From a virus: a DNA stretch of 64,000 bases. The stretch covers positions 1 through 64,000 of the IMG/VR virus record IMGVR_UViG_3300027759_000050; one strand, given 5' to 3'. Shown in pieces: positions 27,266 through 38,300 of this stretch. Under the pieces are notes generated by a model, which ran no database searches, was not told where the DNA came from, and worked only from the letters and a program-made list of their open reading frames with translations. The translations under genes were made by a program, and so were the position numbers. The number at the start of each line of letters is the position of its first letter. Position 1 is the first letter of the stretch.

Positions 27266-28192
27266 TTACCTCAATTCATTCCAAGATTGCACACCACCAC
27301 CAAGGTTTTGCACAAATCTATAATTGCTGCCGTTTGGTACTATACCTCCACCGTATCCATTGGCATTTGAAGCGCTTGCGTACCAACCTGAACGTACTGC
27401 GCCGTCGATATAAAAATCTCCGCCTGCATCACCAGTGCCTGATCCTCGAAGGCTTACAAATATAGGTCTGCCAGTAGTATTATAGTATGTTGTTCCATAA
27501 ACTCGTTGTAGGGCCGCATTAGTGCCAGTCGTAAAAGTTTGCCAACTCTGATTATAACCTAATGAATTCATGGAAGCCAACGCTTGGCCGCCAATACCCT
27601 GAACTGTTGTTGTTCCTGATGGTGCTGGAATAATCCAATAACCAGCAGTTGTTTGTGTTGATTGTATAAGACCTACAACTCTATATGGCACAGATGTACG
27701 AGCTGTTGTGGAATATACGGCAGTATTTGAAGAAGAAGATGCGCCTATAGCTATTGTAGTGAGTAAATTAGTTTCATCCAATCTATTACTTCCTGATCCA
27801 TTGGTTAAAGCTAATTCAACTGTTCCTGCATTATCTATAGCGAGAACCATAATGCTCGATAAATTTGCTCCAATTGTTCCTAATGTTGAACCTTGAAGTA
27901 CAGTTATTGATATTGCACTATTAATATTTCTTGTATTGACTGCACCACTTGATGTCGTGGCAGAACGAAAATCCAATACAGTCGGATTAAGAGTTACTGT
28001 CATTGAACCTGCACCATTAGTGATTGCATCTATAGGTTGTATTTTACTTCCTAAATTAACAGTTGAACCAGAAGTTAATAGTGTTCCATTTTCCGCAGGT
28101 AGGTTTAAAGTGTAATTTGTTGAAGTTGAAGGAGTGGCTATTGTAAAAACTCCTGCTCCTCCAGAATTTGGTTGTATTGATACTGAACTCAT
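27266..28192 (-). CDS. Tail-fibre tip / receptor-binding protein (copy 1)
   Basis: C-terminal GYNQSWQ...QRVYGTTYYNTTGRPIFV...IVPNGSNY...WNELR; N-terminal TIATP...YTLNLP. Confidence 0.7.
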   Translation of the reverse strand: MSSVSIQPNSGGAGVFTIATPSTSTNYTLNLPAENGTLLTSGSTVNLGSKIQPIDAITNGAGSMTVTLNPTVLDFRSATTSSGAVNTRNINSAISITVLQGSTLGTIGANLSSIMVLAIDNAGTVELALTNGSGSNRLDETNLLTTIAIGASSSSNTAVYSTTARTSVPYRVVGLIQSTQTTAGYWIIPAPSGTTTVQGIGGQALASMNSLGYNQSWQTFTTGTNAALQRVYGTTYYNTTGRPIFVSLRGSGTGDAGGDFYIDGAVRSGWYASASNANGYGGGIVPNGSNYRFVQNLGGGVQSWNELR

Positions 28193-28201
28193 TTTTTTCC
28201 T

Positions 28202-31200
28202 TTAAACGATTGTCCAAACAGCACCAGAAGAAACGGTAACAATTCTATTGGAAGGTACTGTTATCGGTCCGGCTGATAGTCCATTATTTCCTGCAGCAAT
28301 TGTGGCGTTAGCTGATACTGTATTACTATTCTGAATCATTCCGTTAGTTGCAATGAAAGTATTTGAACTAAATTCACCAGTAGATGGTTTATATAGTAAC
28401 CTTGCATTGGCGGTGTATAATGAGGACGCAGCACCCGTTGTAACAGATGAGAATAGTGGATACAACTGTGTTGCTGTTGCTATATCATTACTGAATGAAA
28501 CTGTTGGTGCTGCAGCACCTGAGTACCAATTTGTACCATCAGACATTACAACATTTCCTGATGATCCTGGCGCAACTAAACTCATTGCACCTGTTCCATT
28601 TGCAACCAGTAAACTATTAGCTGTGGGTGAAGAAATACCTGTACCACCCGATGCAGCATCAATTGCTACAGTGGATGTTATTGAGCCAGCTTCAATATTT
28701 GATTTAAGTGTTCCGTAATCTGAAGGTGATATAGTACCAACTGTATTGCCTGTTGGATTTGTAGTAATTCCATCAAACAATATCCAACCGTTAGCTGGTT
28801 GTTTAACTAAACCAGAATACTTTACTCCTCCAGAATTGTATTTGCCGTAGAAACCAATATCAATCGTATCTGATAATGAATTATTTGATGCCAACGAAAT
28901 CAGTGAATCAACTGTCTGTATTGTTTGAACATTTAAAGTTGTTGTATTGCCGTTAACTATTAAATTGCCTGTAATACTCAAATCACCAGTCATTATACCA
29001 CCAGCTTTTGGTAATGCATTATTGGCTGTTGTAAAAGCTGCATTAGCAAAGGTACCAGATGAGTTAGCTTTTTCGAAAGCAATATTGGCTGTTGAAAAAG
29101 CTGCCACAGCAATATTTTGAGCCGTTGGTGAACCTGCTGTATATTGTATGGTACCATCAGGGAATGTTATACTATTGTTTGCACCTGTAATTACAACATT
29201 ACCAGTGTATACATTACCTCTGACACCTAAACCGCCTGCAATCACTACAGCACCAGTGGTGTTTGAAATTGAACTGCTTCCGTTAGCGAAAGTAAAGATG
29301 GTGTTGCCATTAGCTATCACTGATGCGCCAATATTAGCTATACCTGATGTGATTTGTCTAGTGCCGTCTTGGAAAGTAATACCATTAGAAGTACCACCAG
29401 TGATTACAATGTTACCTGTATAAACATTACCTTTAACGCCAAGACCACCAGTAATCACTACAGCACCAGTGGTGTTTGAAATTGAATTACTTGTGTTAGC
29501 AAAAGTAAAGATGGTGTTACCATTTGCTATTACTGATGCACCAATATTAGCTATACCTGATGTGATTTGTCTGGTGCCGTCTTGGAATGTAATACCATTG
29601 GCTGATCCACCTGTGATTACGATGTTACCGGTATATACATTACCCCTGACACCAAGACCACCAGTAATTACTACAGCACCAGTAGTATTCGATATAGCAC
29701 TATTAGCATTAGCAAAAGTATAGATGGTATTACCATTAGCTGTCACCAATGTACCAGTATTAGCCAATGCACTATTAGCTACTTCAAAGGCACCATTAGC
29801 AAATATACCAGCTGAATTAGCTGTATCCCAAGCAGAATTAGCAGTATTTGCTGCTGTTGGTGAACCTGCTGTAAATTGTATGGTACCATCGGGGAATGTT
29901 AAACCATTGTTTGCACCTGTGATTACAACATTACCGGTATATACATTACCTTTAACACCAAGACCACCTGAAATCACTACAGCACCAGTGGTGTTTGAAA
30001 TTGCACTGTTAGTATTAGCGAAAGTAAAGATGGTATTACCATTAGCTGTTACCAATGTACCTGTATTGGCTATAGCTGTTGTAATTTGTCTGGTGCCGTC
30101 TTGGAATGTAATACCATTAGAAGTACCACCTGTGATTACAATGTTACCGGTATAGACATTACCCCTAACGCCTAAACCACCAGTAATCACTACAGCACCG
30201 GTAGTATTTGAAATTGAATTACTTGTGTTAGCAAAAGTAAAGATGGTATTACCATTAGCTGTTACCAATGTACCTGTGTTCGCCAATGCACTATTAGCTA
30301 CATCAAAGGCACTGTTAGCAAATATACCAGCTGAATTAGCTTTTCCATAAGATAGAGTTAAAACTTTGTTTGTTGGTACTGTTGTTGTACTTGTAGATGT
30401 TGTATTATCTGAAATCATATTCGCAGTCATAATTTGCGAATATTGTGTGTATGTATTACTGTTATTTACATCAATAATATCAAAATATTTACCTGATTCA
30501 TTCCAACGAATCGAAGCATTTGCATTTGGAATACCATTATATTGATTATTTGCAGTACCTCTATTAACACTAAAATAACTTGTAATAGGTGTAAATGTAT
30601 TTGCGTTTATTGTAAAATTATTTGTTGTATAGATTGTGGTTCCATTAATAGTGAAAGAACCACCAACAGTCAAACCACCAGTTGTAGTCAATGATTGGAA
30701 TGCACCAACAGCATTTGTTGCTGATAATGATGCACCTGAAATGGTCATTGTACTGGCAGTAATACTATTATTAGACGATATTTCATTGGCGTAAACATTT
30801 CCTGTCACGGATAAAGTGGTTGTATTAACAGAAGTATTAGCTTGAATTGTTCCTGTTACTATACTCACATTAGCTTGTAAACTTTTGCCGTAAATTGCAT
30901 TATTAACGGACAATGTGGAGGTATTGACACTTAGGTTAGCTTGAAGTGTGTTAGCATAAACTCCACCAGTTACTGTTAGAATGGATGTATTAACAGAAGT
31001 ATTAGCTTGAATTGTTCCTGTTATTACACTGGTATTAGCTTGAAGTGTGTTACTGTAAATTGCATTATTAACGGACAACACATAAGTATTGACACTTAGA
31101 TTAGCCTGAAGTGTGTTGGCGTAAAGTGTATTGGTTGTTATGATGGATGTATTAACGGAAGTATTAGCTTGAATTGTTCCTGTTATTACACTGGTATTAG

Positions 31201-32173
31201 CTTGAAGTGTGTTACTGTAAATTGCATTATTAACGGACAACACATAAGTATTGACACTTAGATTAGCCTGAAGTGTGTTAGCATAAACTCCAGTCACTAC
31301 TGACAGTACAGATGTATTAACGGAAGTATTAGCTTGAATTGTTCCTGTTATTACACTGGTATTAGCTTGAAGTGCATTGGCGTAAATGGTATTATTAACC
31401 GATAGGGTTGATGTATTGACACTTAGGTTAGCTTGAAGTGTGTTAGCATAAACTCCACCAGTTACAGATATAACAGATGTATTAACACTGGTATTAGCCT
31501 GTAATGTATTTGTGTATGTTCCACCAGTTACAGATATAACAGCTGTATTAACAGAAGTGTTAGCTTGCAATGAATTTGTATAACTGGAACCACTAACTGA
31601 TGAAGTTGCAGCTTTAATGACATTATTTACTTGCAATGAATTTGTATAAGTGTCGAGTGTGGTATTTAAATTACCTGTAATTATTGTATCTGCACCAACA
31701 CTCAATGTATTTTGGAGAACTGTTGCTTTGGTTACAGTTAACGTATTTGAAATTAGTGTTGAACCACTTACAGATAATGGACCACCTACTGTTAATGAAC
31801 CACCTATTGTAGTATTATTTGCAACAGCTAAACCAGTTCCTGTGTTACTAGCGTATACTGTACCATTTGCAGTAACTGAACCACTTGCAGTCAAACTCTG
31901 TGAAGTATTTGTAAAATATACTTGTTTACCAACTGTTAAGTTGTTGTCTATCGTTGCGGAAGAACCTGTACCAGTAACCTGTAGTTGACCTTGAACGATT
32001 GCATTATTACCAACAGATAATGAGGTTCCTGTTCCATTTAATGTTAGTGTGCCTGAATCTTTGGTCCAATCATATTTACCGATAGAATTGATTTCATTTG
32101 AATCGGCATTAGTTGCAACAATCCAATCACCAAATGTGTTGGCGTAACCTAAAATATTGACTGTATTTGCCAT
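28202..32173 (-). CDS. Long tail-fibre-like protein (1323 aa) with several repeat classes
   Basis: N-terminal NTF..W...TN; 16/10-aa LQAN(T/L)SVNT repeats; five ~70-aa GAVVI.GGLGV.GNVY...GITF.DGT.Q units; C-terminal SAGPITV....VTV..G.VWTIV. Confidence 0.75.
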   Translation of the reverse strand: MANTVNILGYANTFGDWIVATNADSNEINSIGKYDWTKDSGTLTLNGTGTSLSVGNNAIVQGQLQVTGTGSSATIDNNLTVGKQVYFTNTSQSLTASGSVTANGTVYASNTGTGLAVANNTTIGGSLTVGGPLSVSGSTLISNTLTVTKATVLQNTLSVGADTIITGNLNTTLDTYTNSLQVNNVIKAATSSVSGSSYTNSLQANTSVNTAVISVTGGTYTNTLQANTSVNTSVISVTGGVYANTLQANLSVNTSTLSVNNTIYANALQANTSVITGTIQANTSVNTSVLSVVTGVYANTLQANLSVNTYVLSVNNAIYSNTLQANTSVITGTIQANTSVNTSIITTNTLYANTLQANLSVNTYVLSVNNAIYSNTLQANTSVITGTIQANTSVNTSILTVTGGVYANTLQANLSVNTSTLSVNNAIYGKSLQANVSIVTGTIQANTSVNTTTLSVTGNVYANEISSNNSITASTMTISGASLSATNAVGAFQSLTTTGGLTVGGSFTINGTTIYTTNNFTINANTFTPITSYFSVNRGTANNQYNGIPNANASIRWNESGKYFDIIDVNNSNTYTQYSQIMTANMISDNTTSTSTTTVPTNKVLTLSYGKANSAGIFANSAFDVANSALANTGTLVTANGNTIFTFANTSNSISNTTGAVVITGGLGVRGNVYTGNIVITGGTSNGITFQDGTRQITTAIANTGTLVTANGNTIFTFANTNSAISNTTGAVVISGGLGVKGNVYTGNVVITGANNGLTFPDGTIQFTAGSPTAANTANSAWDTANSAGIFANGAFEVANSALANTGTLVTANGNTIYTFANANSAISNTTGAVVITGGLGVRGNVYTGNIVITGGSANGITFQDGTRQITSGIANIGASVIANGNTIFTFANTSNSISNTTGAVVITGGLGVKGNVYTGNIVITGGTSNGITFQDGTRQITSGIANIGASVIANGNTIFTFANGSSSISNTTGAVVIAGGLGVRGNVYTGNVVITGANNSITFPDGTIQYTAGSPTAQNIAVAAFSTANIAFEKANSSGTFANAAFTTANNALPKAGGIMTGDLSITGNLIVNGNTTTLNVQTIQTVDSLISLASNNSLSDTIDIGFYGKYNSGGVKYSGLVKQPANGWILFDGITTNPTGNTVGTISPSDYGTLKSNIEAGSITSTVAIDAASGGTGISSPTANSLLVANGTGAMSLVAPGSSGNVVMSDGTNWYSGAAAPTVSFSNDIATATQLYPLFSSVTTGAASSLYTANARLLYKPSTGEFSSNTFIATNGMIQNSNTVSANATIAAGNNGLSAGPITVPSNRIVTVSSGAVWTIV
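29130..30285 (-). repeat. Five ~210-bp coding repeats
   Basis: AN(TGTL/IGAS)V.ANGNTIFTFAN....ISNTTGAVVI.GGLGV.GNVYTGN.VITG..NG.TF.DGT.Q five times. Confidence 0.9.
30820..31650 (-). repeat. LQAN(T/L)SV tandem repeats with a 126-bp higher-order unit
   Basis: GTATTAGCTTGAATTGTTCCTGTTATTACACTGGTATTAGCTTGAAGTG recurs near 31000, 31160 and 31325; ~31000-31118 and ~31160-31280 are near-identical. Confidence 0.85.
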
Positions 32174-32174
32174 C

Positions 32175-32396
32175 TTAACCTTTTATTAGTAATTGTTGCA
32201 ACAGGGATTTTATCTCATCCATATCCGACTTGATGCAATCTATTTCTGACTTTACTTTATTTATTTCATCTTTTTGCATCTTAACCAACCTAAGTTTAGC
32301 ATAGTACTCATTTTTTTCCGTGTTATCTGTAGGCATTATAACTCTACTGTTTATATCACGGACAAAATTTGTACCGGTAACTCTTACTAGTTCCAT
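32175..32396 (-). CDS. Small conserved coiled-coil protein downstream of the VrlC-like gene
   Basis: V.V.G...VRD..S..I...D..E...Y followed by a C-terminal coiled coil (EI..IKSDM.EIKSLL). Confidence 0.7.
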   Translation of the reverse strand: MELVRVTGTNFVRDINSRVIMPTDNTEKNEYYAKLRLVKMQKDEINKVKSEIDCIKSDMDEIKSLLQQLLIKG

Positions 32397-32397
32397 T

Positions 32398-35300
32398 TTA
32401 TAATCCTGTTCCTGCTGGTAACGCTAATGCGCGGATGTCTGTTAGGAATGGAACAAGAGTATTATCACTTGTTGCCAAAACTACCTTGATTGCAAATTGG
32501 ATGAATGAATCGTATGTCTGACCTGTTGTTGAATTGGTGTAACTGATACTATTGTTAGCTTGATTGCTTGCAAAAATACCAGGAGCACACTCATATTCAT
32601 ACAAGTCGGTTCTAGATTTGGAATATGTATTTGGATTTTGGAGAGTGGTCATTAATTGCCAATTTCCAGATTCAAATGGTGATGTATCCGCTGAATTTAG
32701 AATCTTATAATAAACATAAACAGCTGTTCCCAGTGGTTTATATGCAGTATAAAACACACGCAAATCACCTGAATCATTTCCTGGTGCAAGTACAACTTTC
32801 TTGGTGAAATATTTTGCAATTGCATTACCACCTGAAGGTGATGTTTCACCTGCAACGGTTATAACAACATTTGCATTTCCTCCGCGTGTTGTTGGATTTG
32901 AAATTGTAATTGTTGGTGTGTTTATGTAACCAGCTCCCGATGTAATTGTGTATACCGAAGTGATTGCACCATTCGCATTTGCGGTTAATCCTAATGTTGC
33001 AACATTGGAACCAATGTCGGGACTTGAAATTGATATTGTGGTCGCAAGAACATTATAACCATAACCAGGATCCGCGATTGAAATGATGTTATTACCAATA
33101 CCCATGTTGTTAATATTGTAGGAAACAGTATACAATGTAAGGCCGTCATCGGAAATGATTGGAGACACATCAGGATCACTTGTACTTAATGTTGCACTCA
33201 ATGAGAATGAAGTGTTTGTGTGTTTTAATAGGACTCTTTCCCCATTTCCATCAGCCAAGTAAATATCTTCTGAAGTCGGACTTCCTAATCTACCAGGATT
33301 TACTGAATTATATCCTGTTGGAACATTTCCAGAACTTAGTGTTGTTGCATATGTGTAATTAACACCAGTTCCTGTGGGTGCAAGGTCTGTTGTAGTGATG
33401 TTTAATGCACCATATCTTCTATTTGGTGAATAATTTCCAAATAGATTTGAAGCACTGTTTGCATCCAATTTGTTCAAAATGTCTTGGCTTCCCATTTTTC
33501 GATATGGTAAATTCTTAGGAATAAGAAAAGGTATTGAAGCTGTAGTTGTTGAGAATAAACATTTTTCTATAATAAACATTAAATCTTTAGTTTGGTCTGC
33601 TGTCCATGTTATACTATTCTGCGATTCAAATAAAGCACCAACATATGGAGCTGCACCAATTTTTGTCGGATTGGTTGGATTTGGATCAGTTACTTTAGCT
33701 TTTGCTGTAGATGGTATCGCAGTTTGATTTTGTTGACCATAATAAACCACATAATCTTTGGATGTTGATTTTACTATGAAAGCATAAAGAACCCCTGATT
33801 GAATATACACAGGTGCTGCAAAAACAAATTCGGTGTAAGATGATGGGTCCAAATAATGTGGAGAAGTTGAAACATTAACTTTACTTGGTTCCAAAGTCAC
33901 TGTTGAATAATCTAATGTATCTCCTGTTGGATAACCATTGAGTGTCGGCACAACACTAATTGTTACTGGTGAATTATCTGTTGCTTTTGAATAGAAAAAT
34001 ATTTTAATAGAATATAAGAAAATTCCATTAGGATAATTATCTTTAGATACAATGAAAGTTTGTGCAAGAGGATCTGAATTATTGGGTCTGTTATCCCAAG
34101 ATGTTGTTCGGCTAGTTGTTGATGAACTAATGAATTGATTTGATATTTGACTTACTTGCGTAAACACCGATGTAGATGAATCTATTGAAGGCGCAAAATT
34201 TAATTTTTGTACTGTTGTTGATAAACCGGAAGCAGTAAATGTAGCTTCAGCAAATGTTGTTGCGGTTGTAAAATCGGTTGCAACAGTTCTATTGTCTATG
34301 CGGAACACTCTACTTCCTGTTTTGAATATTCCTGATGGTATATTGAAAATTGCAACAAAATTACCAGCTTCATCTGTAGATGGTTTAGCTAATGCAGTTC
34401 CTGCTTGAACTGCAGCATTAATTTTAGTCAAACTACCAGAAATAGAATAAACAGATGTTAAATCTCCACCAACTTGTGAATTTGTTCCCAATGATAAATT
34501 AACTGGTGTACTTAATGTGACTAATTTTGTTGAAACATCATAAGCAGTAATCACTGATTTGAATGTTTGAATTTTGTCATAATACTTGTTATTGTAAATA
34601 TAAACATATTTTGATGTGACACTTATATTTGAACCAACATAATAATTTGAAGTGTTGGAAGCTTTTGATGGATCCAATCTTAATTGTGTTGCATCAATAA
34701 ACCATTCGCCACCACCTGGCATTGCTACTTTTGTACCTGCATTTACATATGAAATTGGCGGATTGATTGTTGAATAAACAATATTACTTCCAGAATCTTT
34801 GATTGTCATACCAAAAGATGAGGTTGTTGTGCCCGAACTTGTTGCTGCGAAACCAATTTTTACTACAACTGGAGCAGTTGCAACTGTATATGTAAATGTT
34901 GTTGTCGATGCTGGTGTGCTTGATAAAGATGCACCAATACTTGTTCCATTTGCGTAAACAAAAGCTGAACCAGATGCACCAACTTCTATGGTGTATGTTC
35001 CTGCGGATGTGAATGTTACAGGTGAAGTAAAATTAAATGATGTTCCATTAGTTGCATCACCCCAAATACCATAATTATTCAGTAATGTTGAATAATTTTG
35101 TACAACAGGTGTTGCATATAATTGAGTTGTTGTACTGCCATTTAATGTATTCGACCAACCTCCACCAACACCACTAATTTTTCCTGATGGGCTTATATTT
35201 ACTATTGCTCCAGCAGGTACAGTTCCTGACGCAGAAGAAGAAACATAATTACCATTAACATCAAAAGTTGCATTTCTTAATGTTGTTGAACCTAGTGAAT

Positions 35301-38300
35301 TTGGTACACCAACCATGTCAGCAACATATAAACGAATTTTTGTTGTGTTTGGATAATAATATACGTTAATTACACGAGCAACTGGATAGAAAACATTTGC
35401 TATATAGAAACCAACAATATCATTTTTATTAAATGTTCCAGATACGCCAGTTAATTCGATGGTATTTGGATTAGACAAATACTGAGATACATCTACACCA
35501 TCAAAATATGTTGATACATTTGAATTGACTAACAGATTGGTAGCACTAATAATAATTGATTGGTTTTTAATATATGGTAATATTGCAATGTTTGTCAAAT
35601 AACCATTATTTATCCCAAAAGTTGATGATGTTGGATTATAAGTTCCTGAAACAGTATTTTTTATTTGACTAGCATAAGTTTCGGTTACAGTTGTTGTTGT
35701 TGATGATCCTTGTTCTCCATTGCCGGTTGTCGAGGTGGATGAACTGGTTTTAAAAGTTGTTGTTCCTGGTATTGTTTGATAATCACCTGAACTCAATAAA
35801 TTAACACCATCACTGGATTGATACACTTGAAAATTAGGATCAGTTACTAGAACCGCAGGAGCTTGAGTGACATCCACCCAATTATCCATTGGAGGATTTA
35901 AATTTAGAATTCCTTCTTTTACAGAAACATTAAAAGGATTAACTGAAACTGTACTACTTGCAAGTGGTTGAAACGCAACATTTTCTGTTGTAAATGGTAA
36001 AGTAAATAGATTTGTTTGAGCATTATTAATACTATTAATTCTATAACTACCTGTATTTGCCACTGTACCTAAACCAGCAAGAACAACAGGATTTTGCAAT
36101 TGGAAATTTTGAACAGATTGTAATGCCGTCATTTGATTTTTGCGTACATTGATATTTGCGGCGTAATCTGGATTATAAGTATCTGCTGTTCCAAACGATG
36201 AAAAATCATCTACTAAAATACCATTTTTAAATCTATTCAAACCATTAGCATCAGCAATTTGTTGAGAACTGGCTTTCTGTTCCAAAATACTTAAAGAAGT
36301 ATAGTATTCTAAATTATTAACACGAGTTTCTAAATCTGTAATATCTTCTTTTGCCCAACGCTTGTGGAGAACTTTATTAATCGACAGATTAGAAGTTACA
36401 CCCGGAGTACCTTCACCTGGAACAAAAGCTGTGTAAGGATCATGTGATAGATTTGCTATTACTAAAGAACCAGAAGGTTCATTTGGTAAAGAAGGATTGA
36501 CAGAAGATGTTCCTTGAATGATATTAAAACTTTTGTCTGTTGTTAAGACCAATTTATCTTTTCTACCCAAATAATATTGATAGAAACCTGTGAAGTTTGA
36601 TAGATTATTAGGTATCAACATACCAAGGTCATTGCTACTAGATTGTGCGCCTGAATATTCCCAAATGTAGGAAGTTTGGCCATTAACACGACAAGGCCTA
36701 AAGTCAATACAATCTCTTAATGCATAGTTAACACCATCTTTAGCTGTGTATGTTCCAATTTGTGCATATGCTTCCGGAGAACTTGATACGCCACCATATG
36801 TTGAACCTGAGGAATTGTATGATTGAATACTGAAATAACCATCACCAGATGATGCTTGACTGTGTGAATAGTAATCTACAACAACTAAGATGTTGCCGGC
36901 CGGTCTAGGTGCACCAGGAATCAATGATACAGATGCATGGTCGTAATAATTATCCCTTTGACCATTATCTAATGTATAGTAAGAAGTGACATCTGTGTAA
37001 CCAGATAATGATCCCGTTGGATTTGTACCTGCTACACCTGAATCAATAACTTTTGTAATTTTCTTAACATCATTCACATATAAAGACATTTTTCCGGTGG
37101 TGGCAATGTCTGAATTTTTAATTGTAATTTGGCCTGTTGTTAGGTCTTGATAGGAATTTGTACCAGAAATTAATGAAAGTGAACCAACAGTTGTAGTATT
37201 TCCTGTAACTAAACTCTTAGATTTTAGAACATAACTTGCAGAATCACCACTACTTACTTGAACTTGTGCAATAATTGTAACATTTTTACCTGTACCTACA
37301 CCTGAACCAACCGTAAATGTTGCTGTAGTTTTATCACCCGAAATGGAAATTGTATTACCTGATGTGGTAAAATCCATAACACTACCTGTTGAATTATCAA
37401 TAACCATGAACAGTTGTTGAGCTGTTGAACTATCTAAAGTTCCGGTACCTTGAAATTTTAATGGATTACTTGCATTTCCTGAAGTTGATTGTAAAGTTAA
37501 TGTTGTTCCTGTGAATGTTTTTGAACGATATACTCTTTGTGTGTAATATGAAGTTGTAATTAATTGAGCAACATAAGGATATCCAATTTGGAATATCATT
37601 TCAGGTGATACTTGTGAGTATAATATGGTATCAGAATTTGCTAGACCATTAACCTTACCACTGGATGCATTGATATTAACATTTGCGGTCATTGCATATG
37701 AACCTGAACCCGCTGTTTTAATAATGGACTCAATATCAGCATTTTTGAATATTAGGGAGAATTTTGAACTAGCTGTTGGAGTAACAGTAAAAGGTGAATC
37801 GACTGTGGCAATTTTGGTGGAACCACTATAACTTACAATTCTTCTAGAATCAATTAAACCACCTGTATTCATACTAACAGTTATTCCATAATATGCATTT
37901 GCAACCGGTGAGAAGGAACCAGTTGTATCTGTGATAGTGAATGTATTTGCAGTACCTGAAGTAACATTTCCAGTTAATGTATTTGCAGAAAAATCTGAAA
38001 TGTATGCGTTGTAAATATAATTTTTTGTAGTTGAACCTGTGCCTGAAACATATTTCATATTGCGGATAAATGCACTGCCAGCCAATGTTGCTGAATATGT
38101 TTTAGTGTTGGTTGAAACAACATTAGATGCGGGAACACAATGAAAATCAACTTGTGGCATTGTCGAAATGTCAAAAACACCATTTGAAGTATCAACAACA
38201 AAGTAATTTCCATAATCAATAAAGACTGGATTGTTACTAATATTTGCAACAGATTGTGCTCTATCGTTTGTTAATTTAATATCTGATTGACTTTCCACTC

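Noticed and set aside
26205-27570. Diversity-generating retroelement (VR/TR pair) or shufflon at the two fibre tips
   Set aside because: The two C-terminal domains differ at all base types with indels rather than adenine-only, have the same orientation, and no reverse transcriptase or invertase is in the window
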